This document shows, in pieces, positions 1-11,580 of a DNA stretch of 64,000 bases (within the stretch, counting starts at the first letter, position 1; each line of letters begins with the position of its first letter). Origin of the DNA: Neoechinorhynchus agilis (taxonomy: Eukaryota > Animalia > Acanthocephala). Location of the stretch: the NCBI GenBank assembly GCA_051530055.1, contig CM121342.1, forward strand, positions 9,749,480 to 9,813,479, read 5' to 3'. The translations under genes and the position numbers were made by a program. The notes below the pieces were generated by a model. It was not told where the DNA came from and did no database searches. It worked only from the letters and a program-made list of their open reading frames with translations.

Positions 1-7
1 GAAGGTA

Positions 8-55
8 GGAAACTCACTGATGAGGCCCGCCTCCTCGGGAGGTATCTGAGAATCC
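8..55 (+). ncRNA. Hammerhead ribozyme strands (stem I-CUGAUGA-stem II, and stem III-UC-stem I) of copy 1; the GAAA strand would lie upstream of the window
   Basis: GGAAACTCA-CTGATGA-GGCCC at 8-28 and GGTA-TC-TGAGAATCC at 41-55. CTCA/TGAG and GGA/TCC pair. Predicted cleavage after C46. Confidence 0.7.
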
Positions 56-281
56 GGAGGAGCGTACAAACTCTTAACCGTGCGTTAGAGACTATGTGGT
101 TATATCACTTCTCTAATTTAATTTGTTTGGCGTTATACCTACAAAATAAGCCGGACAAAAAGGGACAAACTAAAATTTAATGATGATATGAAAACAAACC
201 AACTTGCCAGTAAAACTTAAAATAGAATACAGCGCTCACCCTGAGTCGAAAAACTGGCTCAGTTTGACATTCCGTAGTTGT

Positions 282-352
282 GCTGAGACGGCCAAGTGGA
301 CTAATGCTCTTGATCCAAGTTAAGGGTCAACTGGTTCGAATCCGTTACCACC
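282..352 (+). promoter_or_regulatory. Degenerate tRNA(Leu/Ser)-like sequence with Pol III A and B boxes, forming the head of the repeat
   Basis: A-box-like CGGCCAAGTGG at 289-299, B box GGTTCGAATCC at 333-343, anticodon-arm-like CTTGA-TCCAAG-TTAAG. The acceptor stem does not close, so this is not called a functional tRNA. Confidence 0.7.
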
Positions 353-370
353 AATGACGCACCGCCAAAG

Positions 371-439
371 GGGACGAAATACCGCTGAGGGGAGGAAACT
401 CACCGTTGAGTCCCGCCTCCTGGAGGCATCTGAGGATCC
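371..439 (+). ncRNA. Non-circularly permuted hammerhead ribozyme, copy 2 (core degenerate: CCGTTGA)
   Basis: GGGAC-GAAA-TACC at 371-383; CTCA-CCGTTGA-GTCCC at 399-414; GGCA-TC-TGAGGATCC at 425-439. Stem II GTCCC/GGGAC is perfect. Confidence 0.7.
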
Positions 440-614
440 GGAGAGATGTACAACCTCATACCGGATGATTCAGTGTATTGAGTTATTTAATTACTTCTCT
501 GAACTAGATCGGTGGGCTGTATGCCCAAGGAAAGTTATCAGCCGTGATAAAAGGCCACACATTGATACTTAATAAGTTACAGGCTGGCCAGTTTTCAAAA
601 ATTGATTTACTAAT

Positions 615-707
615 AAATATTTCGTCCGTCTCGTCGGACTTCTTCAGGTTTGTTTGTACGAAAAACTTCCAAGTAACCTGAAGTTCGACGAGACCGACGA
701 AATATTT
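615..707. repeat. Foldback/MITE-like hairpin
   Basis: 28-bp arms at 615-642 and 680-707 with 2 mismatches. Related arms occur near 31340-31385, 45105 and 61920-62005. Confidence 0.7.
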
Positions 708-1387
708 TTGAATTAATAAATCAAACTTCGTTATAGCAATTAAGTTTGTAAAAACCATTAAAAGTTGAAAAATCTTCACGATTACAATGTAGCGACATTT
801 TTGCGCTGAAATTTATTTGAAGATTTATATCTTAACATTTAAAAATTTTTGAATGGTTTTCGAACATCATCCCGGCTCGCACCAGTTATTGTAAATAAAT
901 CTAATCGACTTAATATTTACCATCCCGAAGGATCTTCTTGATATGATTATTTAAGAAATGTGTCGAGACTAGCGAATAAATTAGCAGTCCGTTGTTATAG
1001 TCGTACCCAAGGACCATTGGTATAAAATTAGAAACCGTTTTCATAGCAGTGGAGTTTACAAATTTCACCTTCTCCTGGCGTGGAAATTTTTTTATTTAAA
1101 AAACAAAGGTGCACGTATAGGACACAATCAGTCAAAGTCTACGATGCTCACTTTTCTTCTAGAAAAAGAATCGCTTGGAAATTCGCAATTTAGGAATTGA
1201 ATTTGTTTTAAATTGCCCATCGATATATTTGAATATTTTCAGGCTTAAATATCGATCGCAATTTCGAAATTAAAAACAAAATTTTAAACGTTTTTCCTCC
1301 GCACCAACTTTAGGACGGCTGTAATCTTACGAGGTTAAAGCATAAGTAAATTTAGACTTTTATGTTATCAGAACAAATCTAGTCAGT

Positions 1388-1777
1388 CTTTCTTTTTCTT
1401 AGTTTTGCCACCCCGGGGATTTAAATTCACTAATTTATTTCCCCGATATTTGACCTCTCGGATAATTCCGACATTTTCCCAAAGTTTGTCATTGCAGCAA
1501 CCCGGGTGGCAAAACTACCAAAAGAAAGAATATTTTTATATGGCACTGAAAAAAGCGAAGGATTTTTGTTAAATCCAATTATTTTCACAGGCGCAATCTT
1601 GAACGCGTTTTTTGATCATAGCTCGGACTCAATAAATTCCCATTTATTTTTCCGTCGAATTCTATGTTAAAACACTTACTCGACAAACCTTGGGAAAATG
1701 TCGGAATTATTCGACGTGAAATATCGAAAATAAATTAATGAATTTAAATCGGGTTGGCAAAACTTAGAAAAAGAAAG
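1388..1777. mobile_element. MITE-like element with about 100-bp imperfect terminal inverted repeats
   Basis: 1388-1490 is the approximate reverse complement of 1682-1777; no ORF inside. Confidence 0.65.
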
Positions 1778-2504
1778 TCTCTTTTCCTCCGAAGACAATA
1801 ATTCAAGAAATATAGTCGATTTGAACTTTATAGGGCCTTAGTTTTTAGTATGTAATCTGAAAAGATTAAAGCTTAAGATTTTTTTTACGTCGAACGTTTC
1901 AAACCCCTTATTTGTAAGGCACAATATTGACATTTTGAGGCATTCAATTTCAGAGTTTGTTCTTTAAAAAAGAAGTTTAGGTTCACAACTTATTAAAATA
2001 ACTTCAATTTTAAGGCTGTAATCTTAAAAGCTTGAAACGTTAAATCGTTTTAAGAGCTATTCAAAGAACGCTTATTTCTAATACGTAATTTTAAAACATT
2101 AAGGCACCAGAATGCAGAATCTTCGATAACGCAATCATGAAAAGCTGAAGCTCAAGGATTTGTTTTTAAAAAATCCGATGAGTTTATCTTTAAAAGACAA
2201 TCTAGAAATTTTTAAACGAAACTATCTAAAATCAGTAACGCCATTCTTCAACCATAGCCCTCAGACAGAATTTAATAAATTTAAAATGAAATATTGAACA
2301 CGCAAAAACAACGTTGCTCACGCAAACTTATTAAAGTTGATGTTATTAACGGAAAGCTCAACGCAGATCGTTCAATTTGATATTCTCTTACTTTTCTTCT
2401 CTAATAATCACATTATTCACAAAAATGACATTTGTCACGGGAAAGAACTCGTTTCCTCTAAACGATTGAACACCGCTTGCAGATCAATATTCCACGCGCT
2501 CACA

Positions 2505-5275
2505 ATGTTCAATGTGAACTCAAAACTGTTCAAGCGTGCAATCGATTTGCCAACGCTTGCTCGATCCGCTTCAAGGATTCCCCATCTAACCAAGAAGAGG
2601 GCACTTGGTTTCGTTACTGCATTAGCTATACCCGGCGCAATCTTTTATGGATACAACCGGCGTAAATCCGGTCAAACCATCAAGGCTGCATATCATGTTG
2701 ATCCTTCAGTCCATCTTAAGGAGTTACAATCTGATTTGGCTGGACGGCAGGAGCAATGGATGGTAACTGGGACGGTAAGTGTTCCCAGTGACGTAGGCTT
2801 GAAATGCAATCTCAAAATACAAAAGTGTTTTTGAAATTCTAAACATACTATAAAGAACCAATAGAACTACTGAGATTTTATATATTTAGTTTTTGATTCT
2901 CAAAAGTTTTTAGCTAACGTTTTCCCATAGAATTTACTTAAAAGAACTCACTTTTCAATCAAAGTAATTTTGTTTAAGAATTTATTCATTCCGATATTTC
3001 TGAACCACAATCTTGTACGCGTTTATCAATGTTGTAAATAAATCTAATCGATTGATAAACGCGTACAAAATTGTGCTTCTGAAATATCGGAATCAATAAA
3101 TTCTTTTCATTTTTCCGCCACATAAAAACATGAACAATTCAATCAAAGTAATTTTTTACTTAGGATCTCATTTGGGTGGTTAGATATGTAATTATATTAG
3201 TAGATCATCAACACCCGAGAAGGAATGTATTTTCCACTGATTGCATCCGCCTTCTTTAATGATCTCTCTCGTATGTTGACAAGCGACTTAAATGATAACA
3301 TAAAGTAAATTTATTATCTAATCCGGTAAAAATGAAGAAAATATATTCTAATTTTTGGTTTCAATAGGCCTTTTTTACAGCGGTTTATTTTTCTTCTTAA
3401 ATCGCGAAAGCCTCATCAAATCAAATTTTTCTCCAGAATTTTAAAGAAAACAAAATTGTTACAAAATCACAAGTGTTATTAAGGTTTTCCCCCGGTAAAT
3501 AATTTTTATTAAAGACGTTTCGAACATAGTAAGGGGTTCATCATTAGTTCTAAAAACCAAGTGGTGAAATGAAATTTGTTCAATAAAATAATCTTCCTGA
3601 ATTCTCAAGATTTTCTTCAATCCTTTTATCTTCCTACTAATTAAAATTCTTTAAAAGACTTCACTTCTCGCGTTAAGCACTAAGAAGAGTATTTAGATCT
3701 TGAATGGAGGAGGGATGAAGAGCGTCTTTGGTCATTTGACCCTCTACCAATACTGCTCCTGTCCATTCTGTTGTAAAGTTCGCGCCTATCTGGATTATCA
3801 TGGCGTCGACTATGATTTCGTCGAAGTTGATCCTTTGTCGAAATCAACGATGACTTGGTCACATTATAAAAAGGTACCTGTTCTAGTCTTGGAAAATGAT
3901 GAATTGGTTAGTTTATTCTCTATTTGAAGAAACATCAATTCCCTCTTTATATCGTAGCCTCTTAACGATTCAAGTTTGATTATGAGCGTCCTAGAGGCGA
4001 AGAGACGCAATCCAACATTGAATTTCGCCTCACTCGTTCAACAGTTTCCACTTTACATTCAAAAGTTTAAGAATGGGAAACGGAAATATACTTACTCTGA
4101 TATTTATCAGTTACCATTCACGAGGAAGTAAGTATTATATTGCGGAAGGAAACATTTACAGCCGATAGCGCAGGTCTGTCGTTAAAACTAGTTGAATTTC
4201 ACTTTGCTATTTTCGTTGGGTTTTTAATTTTTGAGCCTATGCTCTGACTTGCGAATTTCGAAATTGTTTTTTGCTAAACTCTGGAATGTTTAAACATGAA
4301 TTTTAATGTTTTTATGACGAAATAATTGAAGGAATTTATCGGATCCGATATTTAGGAGTCACAATATTCTACTCCTTTATCAAAGTTACTTGAACGTTTT
4401 CTAATATGTAGGTTACTTTCAAACAACCTTAATAAAGGAGTACAATATTGTGCGCCGAAATATTGGTTTTAATAATTCCTTCATTTTTTGCCACGAAAAA
4501 ATATGAACAATTCAATTTTCAAACAAGAATTTTGACGGTTGCCTTTTAGTGTTTTTAGATTAAAACAGTGAGAAATTGTTCGAGTTGTCAATATTCTCGG
4601 TCTTAAGAAAACAAATGATATTAAAGTTCAATGTTTTAAACCCGATTTCGTTTCACAGAAAAATCGTTGTACTCTTATATAATAATATGAAATTCAAGCA
4701 TGAATTAAAAATTAACAATCGGTGTGATTTAAGAGCATAGAAGAAATCGTCATCGACTGGATGATTGAAATCTATATTTTATGCCTTTAAATACATAAAT
4801 GCTCTTAATTTTAGGCACAAAACGTATCGTCGATTTCTTTTTCTCATTTAGAGGAGCACAAAGTGACTTGGAAATATATTGGAGGGAATGGGTCGACAAA
4901 TCACTCGTTCCGACGATCGGTCTTAGTGTCTACAGCTCGCTTTCCAACTCACTTGACGCATTTCGTTATTTCGCATCTACTGGAGATTGGCCTAAGACTC
5001 TTGGTAGCCAGACTCGATCATCGTTCGTAGTGTACTCTGGTGCCGTTGCTATGTGGATCGTGAGTAAATTAAGACAAAGGAGGAAAGATGCGATTGATCC
5101 TAAACAAGTATTTGAACAACTTTGTGATAGACTCAAAGAATCGAATTATGGATTTATTAGTGAGCACTCGGCACCTAGTCTCGCGGATCTAAGTGCGTTT
5201 GGAGTGCTAAAATCCATTGAAGGCTGTAGGACTTTTAGCAAGTTGATTGAACAAGATGAAGTCTTACTCTATTAA
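2505..5275 (+). CDS. PTGES2: Prostaglandin E synthase 2 (glutaredoxin/GST fold), multi-exon
   Basis: N-terminal hydrophobic anchor exon (about 2505-2775); LTLYQYCSCPFCCKVRAYLDYHG and YKKVPVLV (3.7-3.9 kb); LNDSSLIMSVL (3960); WREWVDKSLV...YSGAVAMWIVSKLR...PSLADLSAFGVLKSIEG (4.85-5.27 kb). The C-terminal exon boundary is uncertain. Confidence 0.9.
2976..3105. repeat. Foldback hairpin, 55-bp arms with a 20-nt loop
   Basis: 2976-3030 versus 3051-3105: reverse complement with 4 mismatches. Similar elements at about 4330-4490 and 20444-20565. Confidence 0.8.
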
Positions 5276-5646
5276 ATAAAATCTACACCTAATCCGCTTC
5301 TTAAAAAGTTGTCTTAGTTTATACATTCTCGAGCCAAGATGCTGCTCTCAGAAATTTATTCAAGTAAACCAATACATTTGCGTAAATATTGCCATAAACG
5401 AGACTTCATGTAACCATTAATGTCCTTTTATTAACTTAATAACGGGCCGTTAAGAAATTTCTAATTAAATCGTGGATTTCTCATGATACATCGCTGCCAA
5501 TTTTAACCATTACAGCCAATCAGTTTTATTGCCAACGCGCTATTCTTTTAAATTTCGTATGACCAGTGTTGTAAGCGCAATTTTTTGGCATCCATTCAGA
5601 AAGCAATAAGTACAGAAATTGTTAAAGAAAGTTCCATACAAATGAA

Positions 5647-8600
5647 AGGAATTTGATTTAACGTCCGTATTTCCGAGTGATTTGCTCTTAATCACTAATG
5701 ATTGATTGTTGTATAAAAATAATAAAGCTCTGCAGGGCATTTAAATTTTGATTTTTTGTTTGTAGAATTTGAATTTCTGATTGATTCGCTCTTTATCACT
5801 AATGATTGATTGTTGTATAAAAACAAAAAAGCACTGGAGGGTATCTAAATTTTGATTTTTTAAGAATTTGATTCAACGACCGGATTTCTAAGTGATTCGC
5901 TCTTAATGACCAATGAGTGACCGTTCTATAAAAACAATAAAGCTCTGGAGGGCATCTCAATTTTGTTTTTTTAAGAATTTGATTTAACGTTCGGATTTCT
6001 TTGCGATTCGCTCTTAATCACTAATGATTGATTATTGTATAAAAACAATAAAGCTCTGGAGGGCATCTAAATTTTTATTTTTTAAGAAATTTATTTAACG
6101 TCCTTATTTCTTAGTGATTCGATCTTAATGACTAGAGGGGGCCGTTCTATAAAAACAATAAAGCTCTGCAAGGCATTTAAATTTTGATTTTTTTAAGAAT
6201 TTGATTTAACGTTCATATTTCTTAGTGATTTGCTCTAAACTATAAAGCTCAGCAAGGTATTTAAATTTTGATTTTTTAAGAATTCTATTTAACGTTCGTA
6301 TTTCTGAGTGATTCGCTCTAAATCACCAATGATTGATTATTGTATAAAAACTATAAAGCTCTGGAAGGCGTTTAAATTTCGATTTTTTAAGAATTTGATT
6401 TGACGTCCGTATTTCTGAGTGATCCGCTATAAATCACAAATGATTGATTGTTGTATAAAAACAAAAAAAGCACTGGAGGGTATCTAAATTTATATTTTTT
6501 AAGATTTTGATTCAACGAACGGATTTCTAAGTGATTCGCTCTTAATGACCAATGAGTGACCGTTCTATCAAAACAATAAAGCTCTGGAGGGCATCAAAAT
6601 TTCGATTTCTTAAGAATTTGATTTAACGTCCGGATTTCTTTGCGATTCGCTCTTAATCACCAATTAGTGACCGTTCTATCAAAACAATAAAGCTCTGGAG
6701 GGCATCCAAATTTTGATTTCTTAAGAATTTGATTTAACGTCCGGATTTCTTTGCGATTCGCTCTTAATCACCAAGAGTGACCGTTCTATCAAAACAATCA
6801 TCAAAATTTCGATTCTAAATTTTGATTTCTTAAGAATTTGATTTAACGTCCGTATTTCTGAGTGATTTGCTCTTAATCACCAATGACTGACCGTTCTATC
6901 AAAACAATAAAGCTCTGGAGGGCATCAAAATTTTGATTTCTTAGGAATTTGATTTAACGTCCGGATTTCTTTGCGATTCGCTCTTAATCACCAATTAGTG
7001 ACCGTTCTATCAAAACAATAAAGCTCTGGAGGGCATCAAAATTTCGATTTCTTAAGAATTTGATTTAAAGTCCGGATTTCTTTGCGATTCGCTCTTAATC
7101 ACCAAGAGTGACCGTTCTATCAAAACAATAAAGCTCTGGAGGGCATCAAAATTTCGATTTCTTAAGAATTTGATTTAACGTCCGGATTTCTTTGCGATTC
7201 GCCTCTTAATCACCAAGAGTGACCGTTCTATCAAAGCAATAAAGCTCTGGAGGGCATCCAAATTTTGATTTCTTAAGAATTTGATTTAACGTCCGGATTT
7301 CTATGCGATTCGCTCTTAATCACCAAGAGTGACCGTTCTATCAAAAAATAAAGCTCTGGAGGGCATCAAAATTTCGATTTCTTAAGAATTTCATTTAACG
7401 TCCGGATTTCTTTGCGATTCGCTCTTAATCACCAAGAGTGACCGTTCTATCAAAACAATAAAGCTCTGGAGGGCATCCAAATTTTGATTTCTTAAGAATT
7501 TGATTTAACGTCCGGATTTCTTTGCGATTCGCTCTTAATCACCAAGAGTGACCGTTCTATCAAAACAATAAAGCTCTGGAGGGCATCAAAATTTTGATTT
7601 CTTAAGAATTTGATTTAACGTCCGGATTTTTTTGCGATTCGCTCTTAATCACCAATGAGTGACCGTTCTATCAAAACAATAAAGCTCTGGAGGGCATCAA
7701 AATTTCGATTTCTTAAGAATTTGATTTAACGTCCGGATTTCTTTGCGATTCGCTCTTAATCACCAAGAGTGACCGTTCTATCAAAACAATAAAGCTCTGG
7801 AGGAGGGCATCCAAATTTACGATTTCTTAAGAATTTGATTTAACGTCCGGATTTCTATGCGATTCGCTCTTAATCACCAAGAGTGACCGTTCTATCAAAA
7901 ATAAAGCTCTGGAGGGCATCAAAATTTCGATTTCTTAAGAATTTGATTTAACGTCCGGATTTCTTTGCGATTCGCTCTTAATCACCAAGAGTGACCGTTC
8001 TATCCAAACAATAAAGCTCTGGAGGGCATCCAAATTTTGATTTCTTAAGAATTTGATTTAACGTCCGGATTTCTTTGCGATTCGCTCTTAATCACCAAGA
8101 GTGACCGTTCTATCAAAAAACAATAAAGCTCTGGAGGGCATCTAAATTTTGATTTCTTAAGAATTTGATTTAACGTCCGGATTTCTTTGTGATTCGCTCT
8201 TAATGACCAATGAGTGACCGTTCTATAAAAACAATAAAGCTCTGGAGGGCATCTAAATTTTGATTTCTTAAGAATTTGATTTAACGTCCGGATTTCTTTG
8301 TGATTCGCTCTTAATGACCAATGAGTGACCGTTCTATCAAAACAATAAAGCTCTGGAGGGCATCCAAATTTTTATTTCTTAAGAATTTGATTTAACGTCC
8401 GGATTTCTTTGCGATTCGCTCTTAATCACCAAGAGTGACCGTTCTATCAAAACAATAAAGCTCTGGAGAGCATCAAAATTTCGATTTCTTAAGAATTTGA
8501 TTTAACGTCCGGATTTCTTTGCGATTCGCTCTTAATCACCAATGAGTGACCGTTCTATCAAAACAATAAAGCTCTGGAGGGCATCAAAATTTTGATTTCT

Positions 8601-10862
8601 TAAGAATTTGATTTAACGTCCGGATTTCTTTGCGATTCGCTCTTAATCACCAATGAGTGACCGTTCTATCAAAACAATAAAGCTCTGGAGGGCATCAAAA
8701 TTTTGATTTCTTAAGAATTTGATTTAACGTCCGGATTTCTTTGCGATTCGCTCTTAATCACCAATGAGTGACCGTTCTATCAAAACAATAAAGCTCTGGA
8801 GGGCATCCAAATTTCGATTTCTTAAGAATTTGATTTAACGTCCGGATTTCTTTGCGATTCGCTCTTAATCACCAATGAGTGACCGTTCTATCAAAACAAT
8901 AAAGCTCTGGAGGGCATCAAAATTTTGATTTCTTAAGAATTTGATTTAACGTCCGGATTTCTTTGCGATTCGCTCTTAATCACAAGAGTGACCGTTCTAT
9001 CAAAACAATAAAGCTCTGGAGGGCATCAAAATTTTGATTTCTTAAGAATTTGATTTAACGTCCGGATTTCTTTGCGATTCGCTCTTAATCACCAAGAGTG
9101 ACCGTTCTATCAAAACAATAAAGCTCTGGAGGGCATCAAAATTTTGATTTCTTAAGAATTTGATTTAACGTCCGGATTTCTTTGCGATTCGCTCTTAATC
9201 ACCAATGAGTGACCGTTCTATCAAAACAATAAAGCTCTGGAGGGCATCCAAATTTTGATTTCTTAAGAATTTGATTTAACGTCCGGATTTCTTTGCGATT
9301 CGCTCTTAATCACCAAGAGTGACCGTTCTATCAAAACAATAAAGCTCTGGAGGGCATCAAAATTTTGATTTCTTAAGAATTTGATTTAACGTCCGGATTT
9401 CTTTGCGATTCGCTCTTAATCACCAAGAGTGACCGTTCTATCAAAACAATAAAGGTCTGGAGGGCATCAAAATTTCGATTTCTTAAGAATTTGATTTAAC
9501 GTCCGGATTTCTTTGCGATTTGCTCTTAATCACCAATGAGTGACCGTTCTATCAAAACAATAAAGCTCTGGAGGGCATCAAATTTTGATTTCTTAAGAAT
9601 TTGATTTAACGTCCGGATTTCTTTGCGATTGTCTTAATCGCAATAGGTGACCGTTCTATCAAAGCAATAAAGCTCTGGAGGGCATCAGAATTTCGATTTC
9701 TTAAGAATTTGATTTAACGTCGGATTTCTTTGCGATTCGCTCTTAATCACCAATGAGTAGCCGTTCTATCAAAACAATAAAAACGGGGGCATCGGGAATT
9801 TTTATTTCTTAAGAATTTGATTTAACGTCCGGATTTCTTTGCGATTCGCTCTTAATCACCAAGAGTGACCGTTCTATCAAAACAATAAAGCTCTGGAGGG
9901 CATCAAAATTTCGATTTCTTAAGAATTGTATTTAACGTCCGGATTTCTTTGCGATTCGCTCTTAATCACCAATGAGTGACCGTTCTATCAAAACAATAAA
10001 GCTCTGGAGGGCATCCAAATTTTGATTTCTTAAGAATTTGATTTAACGTCCGGATTTCTTTTTACTGCCGATTCGCTCTTAATCACCAATGAGTGACCGT
10101 TCTATCAAAACAATAAAGCTCTGGAGGGCATCCAAATTTCGATTTCTTAAGAATTTGATTTAACGTCCGGATTTCTTTGCGATTCGCTCTTAATCACCAA
10201 TGAGTGACCGTTCTATCAAAACAATAAAGCTCTGGAGGGCATCCAAATTTTGATTTCTTAAGAATTTGATTTTACGTCCGGATTTCTTTGCGATTCGCTC
10301 TTAATCACCAAGAGTGACCGTTCTATCAAAACAATAAAGCTCTGGAGGGCATCAGAATTTTGATTTCTTAAGAATTTGATTTAACGTCCGGATTTCTTTG
10401 CGATTCGCTCTTAATCACCAATGAGTGACCGTTCTATCAAAACAATAAAGCTCTGGAGGGCATCAAAATTTTGATTTCTTAAGAATTTGATTTAACGTCC
10501 AGTTTCTTTGCGATTTCATCTTAATCACCAATGAGTGACCGTTCTATAAAACCAATAAAGCTCTGGAGGGCATCTAAATTTTGATTTCTTAAGAATTTGA
10601 TTTAACGTCCGTATTTCTGAGTGATTTGCTCTTAATCACTAATGAGTTACCGTTCTATCAAAACGATGAAGCTCTGGAAGGCATCTAAATTTTGATTTCT
10701 TAAGAATTTGATTTAACGTCCGGATTTCTGAGTGATTTGCTCTTAATCACTAATGAGTTACCGTTCTATCAAAACGATGAAGCTCTGGAGGGCATCTAAA
10801 TTTTGATTTCTTAAGAATTTGATTTAACGTCCGGATTTCTTTGTTATTCGTTCTTAATCACT
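5647..10862. repeat. Tandem satellite, 110-111 bp unit, about 47 copies
   Basis: Unit GCTCTGGAGGGCATCAAAATTTTGATTTCTTAAGAATTTGATTTAACGTCCGGATTTCTTTGCGATTCGCTCTTAATCACCAA(T)GAGTGACCGTTCTATCAAAACAATAAA; copies at 7023 and 7133, for example. Confidence 0.97.
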
Positions 10863-11580
10863 AAACAAGTGCACGATTGTTTTTTCTTCGTTTGAACTTT
10901 AATCGTTTCTACATGTCTCGCAGTAACTTGTCTGTGACCTTTTTGATACAATGTTTTATATAAAAAGGTTCAATGAATTGTGGATGATCTCATTAGGGAA
11001 AATGGTTCGCAATCAATATAAGTACTCACGTTAAGCTTTAAATATGAGATTGCTAATTTTGTTTCGCTGATTGTCTAATTGATCTTAAATAAAACGTAGT
11101 CATTTTTTCTAAATCTTATATGGCCGATCACCTTGCTATAAATAGATAAACCCAAATCGATCTTTAAGCAGACTTGCGACGCTTCATTAAAAAAATTAAA
11201 TATCGAACTTTGTGCCAAATACAAATATGCCGAATTCACACAATAAAAACTTGTGATTTGTTTCTCGTTATCAAAATTATCTCTTCAGCTCAATGTATGA
11301 CTTATAAAAAGTTCACTAATAACTATTTTTAGTGAGATTTCTTAGTGGCTAACACTTTAGTCGCTAATTTGAAAGATATTTAGGATGCTCTCGCTTTATT
11401 TATTTTTTCATTTCAAATAAAAATGTCAATTAAAGTTAGTACTGAGAGAAGAGCAAAAAATGGACAAGGAAAAAGTCTACTGATTTTTTTCCTTTATACA
11501 AAACCAAGACGGTTGACTGAGAGCAAATACTCTATTCTCGAAGCATAATAAAAACAGTTTACAAAATCGCTAATAGAACA

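Larger units (their letters stand above)
1..590 (+). mobile_element. Tandem pair (period about 386 bp) of a retrozyme/SINE-like repeat: tRNA-like head, permuted hammerhead, structured 3' body; first copy starts before the window
   Basis: Core heptamer positions at 17 and 403. Shared blocks ATCCGGAG..GTACAA, AGCCG..AAAAGG..ACA and GCCAG recur in both copies and at 13.1-14.4 kb, 19.4 kb, 27.1 kb and 52.4 kb. Confidence 0.8.

Noticed and set aside
17-75. HDV-like ribozyme reading of GTCCCGCCTCCTCGG...GTACAAACTC (resembles HDV P2-P3-L3 and J4/2)
   Set aside because: P3, L3 and P1.1 do not fit the canonical geometry. P2 is only 3-4 bp and varies against pairing (GAGG with ACTC, GAGT with CCTC). 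The hammerhead model uses every conserved base.
282-352. Functional tRNA gene
   Set aside because: No acceptor stem and a 6-nt anticodon loop; treated as a SINE-type head.
5647-10862. CRISPR-like array
   Set aside because: Eukaryotic context, contiguous units with no unique spacers, and no cas genes.
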